NCBI GenBank assembly: GCA_016206165.1
Contig: JACQSD010000040.1
Coordinates: 1-43,339, forward strand
From: Candidatus Uhrbacteria bacterium
GTDB lineage: Bacteria > Patescibacteriota > Patescibacteriia > JACQSD01
DNA length: 43,339 nucleotides
Reading direction: 5' to 3'
Under the pieces are notes generated by a model. It ran no database searches. It was given only the letters and a program-made list of their open reading frames with translations, and was not told where the DNA came from. Within the stretch, counting starts at the first letter, position 1, and every line of letters starts with the position of its first letter. The position numbers and the translations under genes were made by a program. Of the stretch, positions 40,944-43,339 are shown in pieces.

Positions 40944-42911
40944 ATGGCAAAACGAATAGAACAAGGAGGTGTCGCTATTCGAGAACGTGGCAACAAGCGT
41001 GAACACAAGGAAGTGCGGAATGGTACAGAGAAAAGAGATAAGCGCCGCAAGAGTGAGGTTGCAAGCGATGGAGGGCGTGCACGCGAGCGCGTAAAGAGAG
41101 AACGGAAGACTCTGCAGAACAAAATCGAATCTAGTCCTGTGAAAAGGACAAGGAAGGGGCGACAACTCGCGGAGGATGTTGACGCTGGCGCAAAGGCTAT
41201 TGAGCGGCGCATCGACGCGGTTGTGGATCGTACGCTGGAAATACCAGAAGCAATTGTAAAACAGAAAGCAGAGCTTGATCGCCTACAAGAAGCATTCCAA
41301 GCGCAACAACGGCGTCGTGAGGCTGGTGATAGCATACGACGGAATGCAGTGAGGATTACCGCGATAAAAGAAGGGTTACGAGGTGCGGTTACAGCGGAAA
41401 TCACGCGCCTTGAGGGAGTACGGTCAGAACGATTGAACGATGCACGAATCACAAGGTTTAATGAAGAGAGTGATGAGGCATCGTGGACATATGATCTCAA
41501 GGGTGCGAGTGATCTCCGTGAGAAGCGCGAACAACTGGAGCGTGAACTCGCGAAGCCCGTCGATGCAACACTCGCACGATTACGCGAGATACAAAAAGAA
41601 CTCCAACCAGTTGTAGCATCCACTCCCACCGAAACGAAGCAAAATGAAGCAGCACCACAACCACAAGAGAATGAAGAACCGTCGAAAGCAGACCAAGCGC
41701 AAACGGAAACGGAGCGTGGAGAGCCCATGCCAGTAGCAGTTGGGGATACGCTTGTCAATACAACAACTGGGGGCATGAAGCGCGTCTCTGAAATTCGTAA
41801 AGAAGGGTCAGTAACAAAAATTAAATTTGATGAGTTAGCATGGGATGGAACTGATTCTGGAACTTCTTCGTACACACTTGAGGAGGTAAACGACATGCTT
41901 CGTGACGGGGATTTTCGTATTGCGGTGAAGGGGGAGGAGCATCAGGCAACACGCGCTGCAGCAAGAATACGAGAAAAATTCGAAACTGCGCGATCTGCGC
42001 GAGAACAAAGCGATGCGCGCATGGCAAAGTTAAAAGCGGCAGCAACGAGGATAAAAGGAGCCGCGGTACAAAGGGAAGATCGAGGTGCACTTTCGGGATC
42101 GATAAGCGAGGAAGATAAAGCGGCATTACTCCAAAATGAGCGCGAGAGACCATCGAACAAAGCGATTGCGCGGTCATTTCGAAAAGCACAGGAGCGAGGG
42201 AAGATTCGTGAGGAATCGATTCCTGAACGATATCGATCGACAAAACCAACGAAAGCTGAACGGAAAGCGGACGCTCCACTTGCTGGTGAGGCGCCTCACG
42301 CAGCTTCAGGCATCAGCGGGGTACCCATTGAAGAGAATTACGGTATTGCACCTGATGCATTTGACGTTCCAGATCAACAAATTGCAGGGTTAGAATCTCG
42401 TCATGACCAACGATTACGCAAGGAGGCGCGAACATCTGCGTATGCCGAATCACAAGAAGTCGATGTTCTTTTGGAGAGTCAACTTTTAGATATCGCGAAA
42501 GCAATCGAAGAGAATGAAAAGTATAACCAAGAACGACTCGAGGACGTTGATGAGTTCACAAAGGGAAATAATGAATTCAAGAAATATTTTGGAGAGTTTC
42601 TTCACTATGATCCAAACGAGGGTGCGCTTGTGAGAGTGAGCGGCGTAGAAACCTCAAGAAACTTTTGGTCATGGTTTGGGCAAGGAAAAAGAGAATATCA
42701 AGTACGACGCAAAGAGCTCGAAGATATTATGAAGCAATGGAGGAATTATGATGCAAAGAAAAGAGAACTTCAGGGGCAGGCTCTCGATTTAGTGAAGGGG
42801 ATTGACGCCGGGCCATATCGAGAGGTGCTTGAGCGCATTGGTTTGAAAATCCGTCGCGTTACAAATGAAGCAGCCCCTCGGCGAGCGGCCCCGAAGAGAA
42901 TAGCTGCATAA
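40944..42911 (+). CDS. Hypothetical highly charged coiled-coil protein (655 aa)
   Basis: It has a very basic N-terminus (KREHKEVRNGTEKRDKRRK) and long K/R/E-rich helices. A bidirectional terminator follows. The Ser/Arg-rich antisense ORF 40904..41896 is judged spurious. Confidence 0.6.
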   Translation: MAKRIEQGGVAIRERGNKREHKEVRNGTEKRDKRRKSEVASDGGRARERVKRERKTLQNKIESSPVKRTRKGRQLAEDVDAGAKAIERRIDAVVDRTLEIPEAIVKQKAELDRLQEAFQAQQRRREAGDSIRRNAVRITAIKEGLRGAVTAEITRLEGVRSERLNDARITRFNEESDEASWTYDLKGASDLREKREQLERELAKPVDATLARLREIQKELQPVVASTPTETKQNEAAPQPQENEEPSKADQAQTETERGEPMPVAVGDTLVNTTTGGMKRVSEIRKEGSVTKIKFDELAWDGTDSGTSSYTLEEVNDMLRDGDFRIAVKGEEHQATRAAARIREKFETARSAREQSDARMAKLKAAATRIKGAAVQREDRGALSGSISEEDKAALLQNERERPSNKAIARSFRKAQERGKIREESIPERYRSTKPTKAERKADAPLAGEAPHAASGISGVPIEENYGIAPDAFDVPDQQIAGLESRHDQRLRKEARTSAYAESQEVDVLLESQLLDIAKAIEENEKYNQERLEDVDEFTKGNNEFKKYFGEFLHYDPNEGALVRVSGVETSRNFWSWFGQGKREYQVRRKELEDIMKQWRNYDAKKRELQGQALDLVKGIDAGPYREVLERIGLKIRRVTNEAAPRRAAPKRIAA

Positions 42912-42921
42912 TAGACGCAAT

Positions 42922-42956
42922 AAAAATAGCCCCGACGAACGTCGGAGCTATTTTTG
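42922..42956. terminator. Bidirectional intrinsic terminator (655-aa gene and rplT)
   Basis: AAAAA-TAGCCCCGAC-GAAC-GTCGGAGCTA-TTTTT. Confidence 0.8.
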
Positions 42957-42965
42957 GTTTCAATA

Positions 42966-43310
42966 CTACTTTGTTGCCTCTACGATTTTTTTAAACACTG
43001 CTGGATATTCTGCGGCGAGGGTGGAGAGGATTTTGCGGTCGAGATCGATGTTTTTCAGCTTCAACGCGTGGATAAGCTTTGAGTAATTTGTTCCTTCTTC
43101 ATGTGCGGCTGCGTTCAAGCGGATATTCCAGAGTTTTCGGAAGTCACGCTTCTTTCGTTTCCGATGAAAGTACGCAAACTTACCCGCCTTCACTGCTGCA
43201 GTTTTTGCAAGCGTGATTTTTGATTTTCGCCCCCAACGAAACCCCCTTGTTTGTTTGAGGATATTTCGCCGGCGCTTCGCGTGCATGATCCCTCGTTTGA
43301 CTCTGGACAT
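42966..43310 (-). CDS. rplT: 50S ribosomal protein L20
   Basis: MSRVKRGIMHAKRRRNILKQTRGFRWGRK...NRKILSTLA-type sequence, 114 aa. Confidence 0.95.
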   Translation of the reverse strand: MSRVKRGIMHAKRRRNILKQTRGFRWGRKSKITLAKTAAVKAGKFAYFHRKRKKRDFRKLWNIRLNAAAHEEGTNYSKLIHALKLKNIDLDRKILSTLAAEYPAVFKKIVEATK

Positions 43311-43318
43311 ACGTTATT

Positions 43319-43339
43319 AAAAATTCTAAATTCTAAATC
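43319..43339. repeat. TTCTAAAT word repeat upstream of rplT
   Basis: AAAATTCTAAATTCTAAATC. In the rplT sense orientation this reads GATTTAGAATTTAGAATTTT. The window edge truncates it. Confidence 0.75.

Noticed and set aside
40904-41896. Long antisense or off-frame ORFs: 40904..41896, 7671..8324, 11017..11571, 11273..11809, 21430..22077, 22277..23074 and 886..1791
   Set aside because: Each overlaps a better-supported gene on the other strand or in another frame. Their composition is Ser/Arg/Pro/Cys-biased and they lack an RBS. They are a typical by-product of GC-rich or purine-skewed coding DNA.
1-43339. An alternative genetic code (UGA recoding, as in some CPR-related lineages)
   Set aside because: The conserved housekeeping ORFs terminate at the expected lengths using TGA, TAA and TAG. 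For example, the rodZ-like gene, murI and the 16301 gene all end in TGA. No in-frame TGA interrupts a conserved gene.

Overview
This 43.3-kb chromosomal segment looks like a small-genome, CPR/Parcubacteria-like bacterium; that placement is inferred from gene content only, with no database search. The backbone is housekeeping: recA, efp, rpsF-ssb-rpsR, ychF, xseAB, murI, trpS, pheST, dnaE, thrS, miaA, tRNA-Asp and rplT. Four kinds of accessory content sit between these genes. (i) Three small selfish-looking cassettes: a four-helix-bundle (23S-IVS-type) protein gene flanked by 34-bp inverted repeats, a HepT/MntA toxin-antitoxin pair, and a DUF559 endonuclease bracketed by palindromic repeats. 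(ii) Four visibly GC-richer islands of orphan genes. Most are separate transcription units with a TTGACA-like -35, a 17-nt spacer, a TAnnnT -10 and an intrinsic terminator. One island holds a divergent pair of zinc-ribbon and HxxxCxxC (anti-sigma-like) proteins. (iii) A stand-alone GGDEF-type cyclase with altered pocket residues, translationally coupled to a membrane-anchored protein. (iv) A 1918-aa Fn3/CarboxypepD_reg/IPT surface protein followed by an L,D-transpeptidase. The most unusual signal is not a gene. A nested SD/anti-SD palindrome (AACCTCACCCCAACCCTCTCCT-loop-AGGAGAGGGGAGGGTGAGGTT) occurs at least 15 times. Five copies lie in frame inside conserved proteins, always translated as SPxPSPxRRGEGEV. 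Other copies donate ribosome-binding sites, start codons or stop codons to neighbouring genes. A second palindrome (CATCACCTGGAGATG) and many spacer-specific word repeats behave similarly, and one identical 21-mer sits in pheS and pheT in different reading frames. I saw no rRNA, CRISPR array, transposase or integrase. All calls rest on reading the sequence and recalling family motifs.
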